Shown here in pieces: positions 1 through 11,591 of a stretch of 64,000 nucleotides of DNA. The number at the start of each line of letters is the position of its first letter. Positions within the stretch are counted from its first letter, which is position 1. Both the position numbers and the translations under genes were made by a program. The notes below the pieces were generated by a model. It was not told the origin of the DNA, searched no databases, and saw only the letters and a program-made list of their open reading frames with translations. The stretch is from an uncultured Gammaproteobacteria bacterium (GTDB lineage Bacteria; Pseudomonadota; Gammaproteobacteria; Magnimaribacterales; Magnimaribacteraceae), in the NCBI GenBank assembly GCA_913042085.1, contig CAJWKH010000001.1, positions 1,617 through 65,616 on the forward strand. Reading direction: 5' to 3'.

Positions 1-60
1 GGGGATATCCATTTAGAGATTATTTTGGACATCTTAGAGGAAGATTTAAATGAAACCTGA
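1..60 (+). CDS. 3' end of an unidentified CDS (partial, runs off the window start)
   Basis: Frame 1 is open from base 1 to TGA at 58-60 (GDIHLEIILDILEEDLNET*) and overlaps the next start codon. It is too short to identify. Confidence 0.3.
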   Translation, partial: GDIHLEIILDILEEDLNET

Positions 61-499
61 AATAAATATAGCTCTTATGAATGCTGCTCAAGAAATCTTA
101 ACAAGATTTTCACCCTTAATTGAAGACGAGTATGAACAATCAAGACTAAATTCATGGGGAGCGCTGATATTAATTTCTGCAATGAAACTTAACCAATCTT
201 ATTCTTCTTTAGTGAAAGAAAACAACAGCATTATTAATTGGTTAACAAATACAAAACAGATTTATAGCAAAGAATTATTAAAAGAAATTGATCTGATTCA
301 AGTGGAAGAGGGACTCGAACAATCCGTTTTAGATGAACAGAACCAATTGCTCAGAGCTATCCTTGTCAAAGCTCACAAAGAAGTAGATTCAAGTGATGAT
401 ATTGAAGTTAAAAGAGATTGTCTTAAGCTATTAAGAGAAATGCATAGCCATCGAAAGGTAAGTGATTTAATAGGCCTGCTTCAGCAAGCTGACTCTTAG
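50..499 (+). CDS. hypothetical protein, predicted helical, no recognisable motif
   Basis: 149-aa ORF with host-like composition, start overlapping the upstream stop. No family recognised. Confidence 0.55.
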   Translation: MKPEINIALMNAAQEILTRFSPLIEDEYEQSRLNSWGALILISAMKLNQSYSSLVKENNSIINWLTNTKQIYSKELLKEIDLIQVEEGLEQSVLDEQNQLLRAILVKAHKEVDSSDDIEVKRDCLKLLREMHSHRKVSDLIGLLQQADS

Positions 500-767
500 C
501 TACTCCACTGAAAGAAAGTTATAAAGCTATAGGCACAGAATACAACTGGTGATAGATATACAGTAGGGAGTGCTGCTTTATAAAATTTTATTGCCTTCTT
601 TTCTATTTTTTTCATTTATTTATCTATAACGTTTAATTTATGTAATAACTATATCATTTAAATTAATGTAAGTATATAAATATAATCAATATATTGTGAA
701 AAGTATGTGAAATAAGCCTTTTTAAAGATCAATTTATTCTTATTAAGGTATAATAAGCTAAAACTCA

Positions 768-2654
768 ATGGCTAGAGAATATAATGCTGAATCCATAGAA
801 GTCCTTTCTGGACTTGATCCGGTTAAAAAAAGACCGGGCATGTATACCGAGACCTCTAGACCAAATCACTTAGCCCTAGAAGTTATTGATAATAGTATCG
901 ATGAAGCTCTTGCAGGATATGCCACAAGTATTGATGTTGAATTACATAAAGATGGTTCTTTAAGTGTAGAAGATGACGGTAGAGGCATGCCGGTAGGTAT
1001 ACATCCCGATGAAGGTATTCCGGCAGTGGAACTAATATTTACAAGGTTGCATGCTGGAGCAAAATTCTCTGACGAAGATTATAAGTTCTCTGGTGGCTTA
1101 CATGGAGTAGGTGTCTCCGTAGTCAACGCTCTATCACTTAACTTATCTGCTGAAATTAAAAGAGGAGGTCATAAGTACCTTTTAGAGTTTAAAAATAGTG
1201 AAAAAAAGAAAGAATTAGCCAAGGTAGACAAAGTAGGCAAAAAAAATACAGGTACAAAGGTCACGTTCCTTCCTGACCCTCAGTACTTTGATAATAATAA
1301 GTTCTCAGTCTCTCAACTGATGGCTGCTTTGAAAGCAAAAGCTGTTTTATCTCCGGGTCTTAAGATTTCCTTCAAAGACAAGGAGTCAGGGAAATCTGAA
1401 AGCTGGTGTTTTGTAGATGGTCTAGCTGCATATCTAGTTACTAGCAATAAAGGGGGAGATTTAATTCCATCCGAACCTTTTGAAGGGGAACATTTTAATG
1501 ATGATGGAGGTCTTACATGGGCCTTGCAATGGGTACAAGGAATATCTGATCCTATTTCTGAGAGTTATGTGAATTTAATTCCGACTACTCAAGGTGGTAC
1601 CCATGTTAATGGACTGAGATCAGGTCTAAATGAAGCGTTAAAAGAATTCTGTGAATTCAGGAATCTAATTCCAAGAGGGGTTAAGCTAACCGCAGATGAT
1701 GTTTGGTTGAACTGTAGTTCAATACTTTCTGCTAAATTAAAGGACCCCCAATTTACCGGCCAAACAAAAGAAAGGCTGTCTTCGAAAGAATTTTCCACAG
1801 TTGCTTCAGCAATTGTTAAAGACGCTTTTAGTCTTTGGCTAAATCAACACACTGAAGAGGGTGAAGCCATTGCGCAAATATGTATAGAGAATGCTCAAGC
1901 GAGACAGAAGAGTAATAAAAAAGTAGACCGAAAGAAGGTAAGTTCTGGACTGGCATTACCTGGAAAGTTAACTGATTGCACTTCAGGAGATCCAGAAATT
2001 GGCGAACTATTTCTAGTAGAAGGCCAGTCAGCAGGAGGTTCAGCTATTAAGGCTAGAGATAGAAACTTTCAGGCAATATTGCCTTTAAAAGGAAAGATCA
2101 TGAACACTTGGGAAGTAGAGGTTAGCGATGTCTTGGCTTCTCAAGAAGTAAACAATATTGCTGTAGCATTAGGGGTTGAGCCTGGGAGTAATAATTTAGA
2201 AGGACTAAGGTACGGAAAGGTTTGTATATTGGCTGATGCAGATTCCGACGGTCTTCATATAGCCACTTTATTATGCGCTTTATTTCTAAGACATTTTAGG
2301 CCTTTAGTGGAGGCTGGAAGGGTGTACGTCTCTATGCCACCTCTGTACAGGGTAGATCAAGGAAAAGACGTTCATTACGCGATAGATGATAACGAGAAAG
2401 ATAAGCTCGTGAGTCAACTACAAAAGAAGAATAAGAAAACAAAGATTGATGTGCAAAGATTTAAAGGCTTAGGAGAAATGAATGCTTCTCAGTTGAGAGA
2501 AACAACCATGCTTCCCGGAGCAAGAAGGCTCGTTCAGTTAACTGTAAAGAGTGGTGATAAGTCAATGCAAGTTGTAGACATGCTGTTATCAAAGAAAAGA
2601 TCTCAAGACCGAAAGGAATGGCTAGAAGATAAAGGAAATTTAGCAAATGTCTGA
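768..2654 (+). CDS. parE: DNA topoisomerase IV subunit B
   Basis: 628 aa with GHKL ATPase and TOPRIM motifs ([36 protein letters not shown]). Short B subunit without the long GyrB insertion. Its 3' end overlaps the A subunit gene by 8 bp. Confidence 0.93.
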   Translation: MAREYNAESIEVLSGLDPVKKRPGMYTETSRPNHLALEVIDNSIDEALAGYATSIDVELHKDGSLSVEDDGRGMPVGIHPDEGIPAVELIFTRLHAGAKFSDEDYKFSGGLHGVGVSVVNALSLNLSAEIKRGGHKYLLEFKNSEKKKELAKVDKVGKKNTGTKVTFLPDPQYFDNNKFSVSQLMAALKAKAVLSPGLKISFKDKESGKSESWCFVDGLAAYLVTSNKGGDLIPSEPFEGEHFNDDGGLTWALQWVQGISDPISESYVNLIPTTQGGTHVNGLRSGLNEALKEFCEFRNLIPRGVKLTADDVWLNCSSILSAKLKDPQFTGQTKERLSSKEFSTVASAIVKDAFSLWLNQHTEEGEAIAQICIENAQARQKSNKKVDRKKVSSGLALPGKLTDCTSGDPEIGELFLVEGQSAGGSAIKARDRNFQAILPLKGKIMNTWEVEVSDVLASQEVNNIAVALGVEPGSNNLEGLRYGKVCILADADSDGLHIATLLCALFLRHFRPLVEAGRVYVSMPPLYRVDQGKDVHYAIDDNEKDKLVSQLQKKNKKTKIDVQRFKGLGEMNASQLRETTMLPGARRLVQLTVKSGDKSMQVVDMLLSKKRSQDRKEWLEDKGNLANV

Positions 2655-4905
2655 AAAACTTGAAAAACAACCTATAAGCCAATTTAGTGAAAAGGCATAC
2701 CTAGATTATTCTATGTATGTCATCTTAGATAGAGCTTTACCCCACATAGGAGATGGGTTGAAGCCGGTGCAAAGAAGAATTATTTACGCCATGTCAGAGT
2801 TAGGTTTAAGTGCAGCAGCGAAATATAAAAAGAGTGCTAGGACCGTAGGAGATGTTATAGGGAAGTTTCATCCTCATGGAGATAGTGCTGCTTATGAGGC
2901 CATGGTGCTTTTGTCTCAATCTTTTACTACAAGGTATCCTTTAATAGATGGCCAAGGAAATTGGGGTTCTTTAGATGATCCTAAATCTTTTGCGGCAATG
3001 CGTTACACAGAATGCAGATTGTCTCCTTATGCTAAGAGTCTTTTAGAAGAATTAGGTCAAGGAACAGTAGATTGGACCAGCAATTTTGATGGAACTCTTT
3101 TAGAGCCCTCTGTTTTACCAGCTCGCCTTCCTAATCTTCTATTAAACGGAGCAACAGGCATTGCAGTTGGCATGGCAACTGACATTCCTCCGCATAATCT
3201 CAATGAGGTAGTGAAAGCCTGCATTAAGATTCTAGAAGAACCAAAAGTAAGTTTAGAAGATCTTTATAAAATCATTCCTGGTCCTGATTATCCAACTGAA
3301 GCCGAAATAATTTCCTCCGAAGAAGAGCTTAAAGAAATTTATAGCACTGGGAGGGGTGGCATAAAGATGAGAGCAACTTATGAAGTAGAAGATGGAGAAA
3401 TAGTCATTCTTGCACTCCCTCATCAAACTTCTAGTTCTAAGATCCTGGAACAAATTGCATCTCAGATGGAAGCAAAGAAACTTCCTATGATTATAGATTT
3501 AAGAGATGAAAGTGATGAAGAAAGCCCAACAAGATTAGTATTAGTGCCTAAATCTAATCGAGTAGACAAAGAAGCTGTTATGAATCATCTATTTGCTACA
3601 ACAGACTTACAGAAGAATTACAGGGTAAATATGAATTTAATTGGTTTAAATGGAAAACCCCAGACAAGAGACATAAAGCTTGTATTAAAAGAATGGTTGT
3701 CATTTAGAACTCAGACAGTAACGCGAAGGCTCCAATACAGACTCGACTGGGTTTTAGACAGATTACATATTCTAGAAGGTTTGTTAATTGTCTTTATAAA
3801 TATAGATGAAGTCATAAGCATAATTAGGAATGAAGACGAGCCCAAAAAAGTCTTGCAGAAGAAATTTAAATTGAGCGTTATACAAGTAGATGCAATTCTT
3901 GAGATAAGGTTGCGCCAATTAGCAAAATTAGAAGAAATAAAAATCAAAGAAGAACAAGGAAGCCTGGATTCTGAAAGAAAAGATTTAGAAAAATTGTTGG
4001 GCTCTAAAACAAGATTAAAGACTTTAATTAAAAAAGAACTAAAAGCCGATGCTGAAGTTTATGGAGATAAAAGGAATAGCCCAATAGTCTATAGAGAAGA
4101 GGCAACTGCATTTGATGAGACTGAGTTAATCTCTTCTGACCCTGTTACAGTAATATTGTCTGAAAGAGGTTGGGTAAGGGCTGCTAAAGGCCATGATATT
4201 GAACCTGAATCATTAAATTATAGAGAAGGAGATACTTTCTTCGCTTCTGCAAAGGGAAGAAATAATCAAAACGCAATATTCTTAGATTCCAAGGGAAAAG
4301 CTTACACACTTCCTTGTCATTCCTTGCCTTCAGCGCGAAGTCAAGGCGAGCCGCTTAGTGGGAGACTAAATGCAGAGTCAGGAGAGACTTTTGCAGGAGT
4401 TATTTCAGGCCCGATAGAATCACAAGTAGTACTTACCTCTAGTTCGGGTTATGGCTTTGTGGCGAATCTAGGCGATTTACAGACAAAGAACAAATCAGGA
4501 AAAGCGGCCTTAAAAGTTCAAGAGGGCGCACAAGTACTTATCCCGAGAGCTGTAGAAAACGAAAATGATGTGCTAGCAGCCATCACTAATCAAGGAAGGA
4601 TGTTGGTATTTCCGCTAACCGAATTACCTCAATTGGCTAGAGGTAAAGGAAATAAAATTATAGGAATTCCTAAAGCTAGTTTTGAATCTGGAGAAGAGTT
4701 TTTGCAAGAAGTTGCTGTCTTAGGAGAAGGAAGGGAATTAAGGTTATTGAGTGGAAAAAGACATTTTACGATCAAGTCTAAAGACTTGGAGAATTTTGTT
4801 GGTAATAGAGGTAGGAGGGGTAATTTTTTACCTAAAGGTTTTAGAAATGTTGATGGCATAGAAGTCATCGGCACTGATCAAAGCAATAATAAAGAAGAAA
4901 ATTAA
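2647..4905 (+). CDS. parC: DNA topoisomerase IV subunit A
   Basis: 752 aa type IIA topoisomerase A subunit ([21 protein letters not shown] catalytic-Tyr region). ParC-like length, and paired with parE. Confidence 0.93.
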   Translation: MSEKLEKQPISQFSEKAYLDYSMYVILDRALPHIGDGLKPVQRRIIYAMSELGLSAAAKYKKSARTVGDVIGKFHPHGDSAAYEAMVLLSQSFTTRYPLIDGQGNWGSLDDPKSFAAMRYTECRLSPYAKSLLEELGQGTVDWTSNFDGTLLEPSVLPARLPNLLLNGATGIAVGMATDIPPHNLNEVVKACIKILEEPKVSLEDLYKIIPGPDYPTEAEIISSEEELKEIYSTGRGGIKMRATYEVEDGEIVILALPHQTSSSKILEQIASQMEAKKLPMIIDLRDESDEESPTRLVLVPKSNRVDKEAVMNHLFATTDLQKNYRVNMNLIGLNGKPQTRDIKLVLKEWLSFRTQTVTRRLQYRLDWVLDRLHILEGLLIVFINIDEVISIIRNEDEPKKVLQKKFKLSVIQVDAILEIRLRQLAKLEEIKIKEEQGSLDSERKDLEKLLGSKTRLKTLIKKELKADAEVYGDKRNSPIVYREEATAFDETELISSDPVTVILSERGWVRAAKGHDIEPESLNYREGDTFFASAKGRNNQNAIFLDSKGKAYTLPCHSLPSARSQGEPLSGRLNAESGETFAGVISGPIESQVVLTSSSGYGFVANLGDLQTKNKSGKAALKVQEGAQVLIPRAVENENDVLAAITNQGRMLVFPLTELPQLARGKGNKIIGIPKASFESGEEFLQEVAVLGEGRELRLLSGKRHFTIKSKDLENFVGNRGRRGNFLPKGFRNVDGIEVIGTDQSNNKEEN

Positions 4906-4929
4906 ATTTCTATATAGATAAGGATAGAT

Positions 4930-5397
4930 ATGAAAGATAAATTTCCAATTGTAGGACCTCCAGCTGTGGTAACTAAAGATATGTGCGATCTAAATAACCA
5001 TATGAACGTAGTTTACTATCAGCATATTTTTGAAGATGGATGTTTAGGATTCTTCTCAGAAATGGGTTTCACTGCTGAATATTTTGAAGAAGGTTTTTCT
5101 AGTTTCACTTTAGAAACAGATATTCGTTATTTAAAAGAGTTATTAGAAGGCGAAAAAGCTTATCCCTACTTTAGACTTGTTAACTTAAGTCCAAAACTAA
5201 TTCACTATGCAGGAATCATCTTGGACGAGTCAGGAGAAGTTTCGGCATTCACAGAAAATGTCTTAGCTCATGTTGATATGAGTGTTAGAAAAACTTCAAT
5301 TATGCCTGAAAAGACTTACTCGCCTTTACAACGCATGCTGGAAGACCATAATCAAACAGGCGATATGGGCTTTGAATTAAGGTTAAAAGTTAAATAG
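4930..5397 (+). CDS. hotdog-fold acyl-CoA thioesterase-like protein
   Basis: 155 aa. N-terminal D-x-N-x-H-x-N-x3-Y pattern (DLNNHMNVVYY) typical of 4HBT/YbgC-type thioesterases. Confidence 0.55.
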   Translation: MKDKFPIVGPPAVVTKDMCDLNNHMNVVYYQHIFEDGCLGFFSEMGFTAEYFEEGFSSFTLETDIRYLKELLEGEKAYPYFRLVNLSPKLIHYAGIILDESGEVSAFTENVLAHVDMSVRKTSIMPEKTYSPLQRMLEDHNQTGDMGFELRLKVK

Positions 5398-6358
5398 ACC
5401 CCAGTCTTTTCTGAACTTCTTCAGTTAGCAAAGGTAAAGCTTCTGGAGCTTTAAGGTTTTCTTCAAGTTGTTCAATCTTAGAAGCTCCCAATATTATTGT
5501 AGAAACGTTTTCGTTCAATAGACACCAAGCTATAGCAATTTTCGAGAGGCTTTCTCCTAACTCTTCTGCAATATTCATCAATTCAGCAACTTTCTTCATC
5601 CTTGCTTGACCTCTATCTGAATCTATCATGTATTTTTTTAACCATTCATAACCTTCCAGCGAAGCTCTGGAACCTTTAGGTACACCATCAAGATATTTTC
5701 CAGTTAAAGCTCCAGAAGCTAATGGAGACCAAATAGTAGTACCCATACCAAATTTTTTAAAAATAGGTTTGTATTCAATTTCAAATCTTTTTCTATCTAA
5801 AAGATTATATTGAGGTTGCTCCATTGTTGGAGGAGTTAAGTGGTGTTTTTCAGCAAATTCGTAAGCTTCAGTAATTTCTTCAGCCGTCCACTCAGAAGTT
5901 CCCCAGTAAAGTACTTTCCCTTGGGATATTAGATTGTGCATTGCCCAAACAGTTTCTCCAATAGGTGTATCAGGGTCAGCTCTATGACAGAAATAAAGAT
6001 CTAGGTAGTCAACTTGGAGTCTTTTTAGTGCTTGATCACATGCCTCGCTTACATGCTTTCTGCTTAACCCAATTTGAGTCGGCAGAGGTTTTTCTTTAGT
6101 TCCAAAAAAAACTTTAGAAGATACACAATACGAATCTCTTGGCTTATCTAACGCTTTCAATGCCTTTCCCATAACTACTTCTGATTGACCTCTTTCATAT
6201 CCTTCCGCATTATCGAAGAAGTTAATTCCTGCATCTAAACAAGTGCCAAACATTTTTTCAGCTAGCTTAGTATCAACCTGCTTGTTGAAAGTTACCCAAG
6301 AACCAAAAGAGAGCTCTGAGACTTTTAGTCCTGATTTTCCTAAATTCCTATACTTCAT
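5390..6358 (-). CDS. aldo/keto reductase (Kv-beta/Tas-like subfamily)
   Basis: 322 aa. N-terminus MKYRNLGKSGLKVSELSFGSW plus FDNAEGY, SSKVF and CHRAD segments match AKR catalytic-tetrad contexts. Confidence 0.85.
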   Translation of the reverse strand: MKYRNLGKSGLKVSELSFGSWVTFNKQVDTKLAEKMFGTCLDAGINFFDNAEGYERGQSEVVMGKALKALDKPRDSYCVSSKVFFGTKEKPLPTQIGLSRKHVSEACDQALKRLQVDYLDLYFCHRADPDTPIGETVWAMHNLISQGKVLYWGTSEWTAEEITEAYEFAEKHHLTPPTMEQPQYNLLDRKRFEIEYKPIFKKFGMGTTIWSPLASGALTGKYLDGVPKGSRASLEGYEWLKKYMIDSDRGQARMKKVAELMNIAEELGESLSKIAIAWCLLNENVSTIILGASKIEQLEENLKAPEALPLLTEEVQKRLGSI

Positions 6359-6367
6359 AACCTTTCC

Positions 6368-7573
6368 TTATATCTGATTTAAAGCTTTGGTTAAGTTCCC
6401 TAAGCCTTCGCTAATATCATCTTCGGATATATTCAGTGCAGGTGCAAACCTTAAAGCTTTATTTCCTGCAGTAACCAGAATTAATCCATTCTCATAACAT
6501 CTATCTAGCAACTCAAAAGCATCTACATCTTTAATGTCACAGCATATCCATAAACCAGATGACCTTAAACCAGAAAAGACGTGAGTTTTCGAAGAAATTT
6601 CTTTCAAAAGATCCATCATTAATTTTTCTTTAAGTTGAACTTCATCTAAGAATGTTGGATTAGATACTATTTCTAAAACTTTATTTGAGACTGCACACGC
6701 TATAGGATTTCCACCAAAGGTAGAACCATGTGTGCCTGTTGATAGAGAAGGAGCTATATTATTCTTTGTTAAGGTTGCGCCAATAGGGATTCCTCCGCCT
6801 AAACCTTTAGCTGAAGTCAAAATATCTGGTTCAATTCCATATTTCATGTAACCGTATAAATGGCCAGTTCTTCCAATACCGCTTTGCACTTCATCCATAA
6901 TTAAGAGCGTCCCATTTTTATCACAAAGATCTCTTAATGATTTTAAGAAGCTTTTATCGGCTTCATAAACTCCGGCCTCCCCTTGAACAGGTTCTATTAT
7001 TATGGCCGCGGTTTTATTTGATATTAGATTCTCAACAGAACTTATATCATTATATTTTGCATGCTTAATACCACTGAGTAACGGTTCAAATCCTTTCTTA
7101 TGATTTTCTGATCCTCCCATGGATATATTCAATATGGATCTACCATGGAACGAGTTTTCAAAAGAAATTAGCTCGTCTCTATTTTCTCCTCTGTCGTGAT
7201 GAAATTTTCTAGCTATTTTTATAGCAGCTTCGTTTGCTTCAGAACCAGAGTTACTGAAGTAGACCTTTTCAGCAAAAGTCAGCTCTGTTAATTTTTTTGC
7301 AAGATTTATAGCAGGTTCGTTTGATAGATAATTGCTTGTATGCCAAAGTTTATTAGCTTGATCGTTGAGAGTTTTAATTAGTATTGGGTTCGAATGACCA
7401 AGGCTATTTACTGCAATTCCACCTCCAAGATCAATATATTCTTTATTATTCTTATCCCAAATCCTCGAACCTAAAGCTCTATCTGGTATAAAGTTGGCAG
7501 GAGCATAGTTAGGCAGCATTACATCTTCATAAATGCTTAGGAGCTCCTTGTTCTTGTCATTCTTCTTATTCAT
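6368..7573 (-). CDS. argD: class III PLP aminotransferase, acetylornithine aminotransferase-like
   Basis: 401 aa with GGIAVNSLGH, DEVQSGIGRTG and SAKGLGGG (PLP-Lys region). The overall pattern is ArgD-like, but substrate is not certain. Confidence 0.8.
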   Translation of the reverse strand: MNKKNDKNKELLSIYEDVMLPNYAPANFIPDRALGSRIWDKNNKEYIDLGGGIAVNSLGHSNPILIKTLNDQANKLWHTSNYLSNEPAINLAKKLTELTFAEKVYFSNSGSEANEAAIKIARKFHHDRGENRDELISFENSFHGRSILNISMGGSENHKKGFEPLLSGIKHAKYNDISSVENLISNKTAAIIIEPVQGEAGVYEADKSFLKSLRDLCDKNGTLLIMDEVQSGIGRTGHLYGYMKYGIEPDILTSAKGLGGGIPIGATLTKNNIAPSLSTGTHGSTFGGNPIACAVSNKVLEIVSNPTFLDEVQLKEKLMMDLLKEISSKTHVFSGLRSSGLWICCDIKDVDAFELLDRCYENGLILVTAGNKALRFAPALNISEDDISEGLGNLTKALNQI

Positions 7574-7583
7574 ATAGCCTTGG

Positions 7584-8102
7584 ATGATTTGGGCGGTGTA
7601 TTATAGAGACCCTGAACCTATGGTCAAAATAGAAAGTAATAAAGAAAATAATTTTTATCGTATATTGATACGACCAAACCAATCAATTAGTTGGAAATCA
7701 AGCCTTGTCTTTATATCTGTGATTGCTTTTACCTGTTTAAGTATTGGATTAGGTTTTGCCTTCGTGGGAGCTACTTTAATTCTTCCTTTTGCCGGCCTAG
7801 AGGTCATATTTGTTGGAGTTTGTGTTTATTTGGTAGTCAATAAAACTTCACGACAAGAAGTTATAACTTTATCTAAGGAAAAGCTAAAAATAGAGAAGGG
7901 CGCCTATAAGATTAATCAGGTATGGGAATACATTCGTCTATGGTCTTACATTTCTGTTGAAAGACCACAGCATCCTTGGTATCCAGCTCACATAGTAGTT
8001 ACTTCAAAAGGTGAAAGAGTACCTTTAGGTGATTTCTTGAATGAGCAAGAAAAGGAAGAATTAGTTTCAGGTTTAGAGAATATTATTGAAGATTTTCAGT
8101 AA
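7584..8102 (+). CDS. small membrane protein (DUF2244-like: two TM helices plus soluble C-terminal domain)
   Basis: 172-aa ORF. Hydrophobic hairpin SLVFISVIAFTCLSIGLGFAFVGATLILPFAGLEVIFVGVCVYLVV. The true start may be ATG 7620, since start 7584 lies only 10 bp from the divergent argD start. Confidence 0.55.
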   Translation: MIWAVYYRDPEPMVKIESNKENNFYRILIRPNQSISWKSSLVFISVIAFTCLSIGLGFAFVGATLILPFAGLEVIFVGVCVYLVVNKTSRQEVITLSKEKLKIEKGAYKINQVWEYIRLWSYISVERPQHPWYPAHIVVTSKGERVPLGDFLNEQEKEELVSGLENIIEDFQ

Positions 8103-8118
8103 GCATCAGAACTAATAA

Positions 8119-9282
8119 TTATTTCCTCTGGTCAAACCTTTTTCCAACCATAGCGGAAGCAATATTAATCTTTTGAATGTCTATTGTTCCTCCAGCTATT
8201 CCCCAACCCCAGACATCTCTGTAATGTCTTTCCATGGGGTACTCTTTGTTGAAACCATAACCTCCCATGAGTTGCATTGCAGAAGCAACTACTTCTCTAG
8301 CGGTTTCATTTGAGAAACATTTACCTACACTAGATTCAAATATGCTTGGAAATCCTTCTTGCGCATTGTGTGCAGCCCTATGTATTAAAAGTCTTGAACC
8401 TTCTACCTTCATAGCCATTTCAGCTAGCTTCATCTGAACTGCTTGAAATTCAACAATGGGCTTTCCAAATTGTTCTCTTTCTTGAACATATTTTAAGGTT
8501 TTCTCTAACGCGCCTGAAGCTTGGCCTAGACACATAGTTGCATTGCCACATCTTTCAAGGTCAAAGGCTTCCATTAGTTTTTTAAAACCCCCATCTGCTT
8601 CTACTATTATATTCCCGGATGGAACTTCCACATTATCAAAGAAAATATCAGCCGAGGGTATTCCGCTCCAACCCATTAATTTCTCTTGTTGTCCAAAACT
8701 CAGACCTGGAGTGTCTTTTTCTACATAGACAGCACCGATACCTTTAGCTCCAGGATCGTCAGACATTTTGCAATAAACTACGTATCCCTCTGAGTGACCT
8801 CCACCGGAACACCATCTTTTGGTTCCGTTTAATATGATCTTGTCATTTTTAATCTCAGCTTTTGTCGTAAGGTCTGTTAAGGCTGATCCAGCATTAGGCT
8901 CAGACATGGAAACAGCTACCACAATATTGCCCTTACAAACTTCAGGTATGATTTTTTCTTTAAGTTCTTCTGAAGCAAAATGTTCAATTGCTTTTACAGG
9001 GCCAACGCAACTTTCAAATATAGGAAACGCTACAGCAGAAGAAATTTTTGCAAATTCTTCCATAACCAAAAGAGCATCTAGATTAGATAGACCTAATCCT
9101 CCGTATTTATCTGATACATTTATTCCTAAAAAACCCATTTCAGAATATTTTTTTAACCATTCTTTCGATAAAGGCTCTCCAGTTTCCTCAATAGATAAAG
9201 CTACTTCTACCATCTCATTTTGAGCAAAATTCCTAGCTATTTCTTGTAATTCCTTTTGTTGCTCTGAAAGTTTAAAGTCCAT
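8119..9282 (-). CDS. acyl-CoA dehydrogenase
   Basis: 387 aa with ACAD three-domain layout and a C-terminal catalytic region (QLMGGYGFNKEYPMERHYRD). Confidence 0.9.
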   Translation of the reverse strand: MDFKLSEQQKELQEIARNFAQNEMVEVALSIEETGEPLSKEWLKKYSEMGFLGINVSDKYGGLGLSNLDALLVMEEFAKISSAVAFPIFESCVGPVKAIEHFASEELKEKIIPEVCKGNIVVAVSMSEPNAGSALTDLTTKAEIKNDKIILNGTKRWCSGGGHSEGYVVYCKMSDDPGAKGIGAVYVEKDTPGLSFGQQEKLMGWSGIPSADIFFDNVEVPSGNIIVEADGGFKKLMEAFDLERCGNATMCLGQASGALEKTLKYVQEREQFGKPIVEFQAVQMKLAEMAMKVEGSRLLIHRAAHNAQEGFPSIFESSVGKCFSNETAREVVASAMQLMGGYGFNKEYPMERHYRDVWGWGIAGGTIDIQKINIASAMVGKRFDQRK

Positions 9283-9290
9283 GTTGTCTC

Positions 9291-10475
9291 CTAAATTATT
9301 CTATTTACTTTTAAATCTTCTATTTCTTCTTCACTATACCCAAGACCAGAAAGTATTTGTTTATTATGTTCTCCAAGCTGAGGTGATCTAGTTCGAATAT
9401 TACCCGGTTTGTCAGACAACTCTACGGCTGGCGCTGCCACTGGGTACTCCTTATCCAAAGTAGGGTAACTCATTTTTACAAAGGCTTCTTTTTCAATGAT
9501 ATGCGGTTCTTTTAAAGTTTCTTCAGCTTTCAGAACTTCGCCTACAGGGATTCTAGATTTTTCTAATTCTTTGATGGCTTCTTGATTCGTCCTCTCGCTG
9601 CACCATTGAGCCATTCTCTCGCTTATTAAAATTCCATTCTCACCCCTTATTAAGTCATCTTTAAATCTAGGATCGTCAATCCAGGCCTCTTCTCCAACAA
9701 GATGTGCCCATCTTTCAAAAAGAGGCTGACCAACCGTTTGGACTAAAATCCATCCATCCTTAGTTTGAAAAGAATCTGAAGGCCCAGAAGTTTGAGACCT
9801 GTTTAATGTAGCCACTCTATTAGCTTGAAGAAGATCTTGTTCGATCAATGTGCTATTGGTTGTTGTTAAGGCAGTTTGTAGGAGAGATGTCTGCACTCTC
9901 TGCCCTTTACCCGTTTTCTCTCTATCAAGGTAAGCAAGAAGAGTTCCAAACGCAGCTAAAGAAGCACTACAGAAATCTACGTAAGGAGCATAAGCTTTAG
10001 TTGGTTCATCAGGATTACCTGTCATATCCATCGCTCCAGACATAGCTTGGGCGACACCATCGAAACCAACTCTTTCAGCGTAGGGACCTGTTGTGCCAAA
10101 AGCTGTATTCGAAGTAAGAATTATTTTAGGATTTATTTTATATAAACTTTCGTAATCCAATCCCATGGATTTAAGCGTAGATTCAGGAAGATTAGCAATT
10201 ACGACGTCGGAATTCTTAACCAATCTCTTAACTATTTCTTTCCCTTTTTCTTTAGTAGGGTTAAGGGTCATTCCTAATTTATTTCTATTCAGTTGAAGAA
10301 ACATAGCACCTTGACCATCCTCTGTTACTGGAGTTACATACCTATCTTCACTTCCATCAACCCTTTCTATTCTAATGACTTCAGCTCCATAATCAGCTAA
10401 CAAAGCCCCGCAAAAGGGTCCTGCTATATATCTTCCAAAATCTAATACTTTTATTCCTTCTAAAATACTACTCAT
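9291..10475 (-). CDS. family III CoA-transferase (CaiB/BaiF/MCR family)
   Basis: 394 aa with the diagnostic N-terminus LEGIKVLDFGRYIAGPFCGALLADYGAEVIRIE. Confidence 0.9.
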   Translation of the reverse strand: MSSILEGIKVLDFGRYIAGPFCGALLADYGAEVIRIERVDGSEDRYVTPVTEDGQGAMFLQLNRNKLGMTLNPTKEKGKEIVKRLVKNSDVVIANLPESTLKSMGLDYESLYKINPKIILTSNTAFGTTGPYAERVGFDGVAQAMSGAMDMTGNPDEPTKAYAPYVDFCSASLAAFGTLLAYLDREKTGKGQRVQTSLLQTALTTTNSTLIEQDLLQANRVATLNRSQTSGPSDSFQTKDGWILVQTVGQPLFERWAHLVGEEAWIDDPRFKDDLIRGENGILISERMAQWCSERTNQEAIKELEKSRIPVGEVLKAEETLKEPHIIEKEAFVKMSYPTLDKEYPVAAPAVELSDKPGNIRTRSPQLGEHNKQILSGLGYSEEEIEDLKVNRII

Positions 10476-10478
10476 TTT

Positions 10479-11555
10479 TTATGTCCTTTGATGCTGTTTT
10501 AAAAAATCCCAGATTAGCTCATTTCCCCAGTTAAGTTTTTTATATTCTCTCTTACATTCATAATAAGATTGAACATTATTCTTCTGTAAGTAATCTCTAC
10601 AATAACCTACGCTCTCATTTTGACCTGGCCAATAATGACCACCTTCTGGTATCTCGCAAATTTGTACTTCTAGCTTAGAAGAATCACATTCATTTCTTTT
10701 TGTGCAGATTAATCCCTTTTCCTTAGAGTGCATTAAATCTGAATTGATTAAATTATCGCTGCAATTCATGGCATTTGCCCAGTTATTGAATAATTCATGT
10801 ACAGGTTCATAAAAGAATCCATCAGATGAAGAAGAGCCATCATGTGGTGTTGTTTTATCTAAAGAGCCATAAATAATTAATAAAGGAAGGTCGCTTTTGT
10901 TTTCACAAGAATTAGAGATTGGTACAGAGTTAGCAACTGCAACTGATGCACTTAACAGTTTGGGGTATAAGCAAGAGAATCTATAAGTCATGGCACCTCC
11001 GTTGCTCATACCTACCATATATCTTCTTTTTTTATCCACTCTGTATCTAGAAGAAACCTCTTCTATCAAAGATTTTAAGAAACCCAAATCGTCATAACAT
11101 GAAGTCCAGGCACAGAAGCTAAAATCTGAACACTCTGGTGGCTTGGGGTAATTGAGTCTATTTAACTTACATTTTTGGGGTTTACCTGGTTCTTGCTCTT
11201 TATTGCTAACTAAATCATTCCAAGAACTTACAAATGTCGATTTATCTTGAAAAACTCCGTTGAAATGCGAACCTTGAGGATAAACAATTACTATATCTTC
11301 CTTTTCTGCAAGTAAATTCATTCCTTTGGTGGTTTCTTTTTGGAATCCACTCGCTGTGCCTGTGTACCCGTGCATACCGAAGATCACGGGAAATGTTTTT
11401 TCTTTATTCTCTTTGTAACTATTAGGTAGATAGATTAAGTATTCTCTTTCTACACCTTCCCAATCTTTTTTTATTGATAAATATTCTTCCGCCCATAAAT
11501 TAGAACCGAATAAATATAAATAGACAGTAAGACCAATAAGAATTTTAATATTCAT
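10479..11555 (-). CDS. secreted alpha/beta esterase, PHB-depolymerase/feruloyl-esterase (LpqC-like) family
   Basis: 358 aa with an N-terminal signal peptide, HGYTGT oxyanion region and GMSNGG nucleophile elbow. Unusually Cys-rich (about 14 Cys), consistent with export. Confidence 0.7.
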   Translation of the reverse strand: MNIKILIGLTVYLYLFGSNLWAEEYLSIKKDWEGVEREYLIYLPNSYKENKEKTFPVIFGMHGYTGTASGFQKETTKGMNLLAEKEDIVIVYPQGSHFNGVFQDKSTFVSSWNDLVSNKEQEPGKPQKCKLNRLNYPKPPECSDFSFCAWTSCYDDLGFLKSLIEEVSSRYRVDKKRRYMVGMSNGGAMTYRFSCLYPKLLSASVAVANSVPISNSCENKSDLPLLIIYGSLDKTTPHDGSSSSDGFFYEPVHELFNNWANAMNCSDNLINSDLMHSKEKGLICTKRNECDSSKLEVQICEIPEGGHYWPGQNESVGYCRDYLQKNNVQSYYECKREYKKLNWGNELIWDFLKQHQRT

Positions 11556-11591
11556 AATTTAATTAAACGATTCTAGGATTATAATTTAAAG

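Noticed and set aside
500-767. Longest clean intergenic region (268 bp, extremely AT-rich) upstream of parE, checked for an sRNA, riboswitch, repeat or origin-like features
   Set aside because: I could find no stable hairpin, direct or inverted repeat, DnaA-box cluster or conserved riboswitch core by eye. It is best explained as a promoter/UP-element region for parE, and I cannot support a more specific call.
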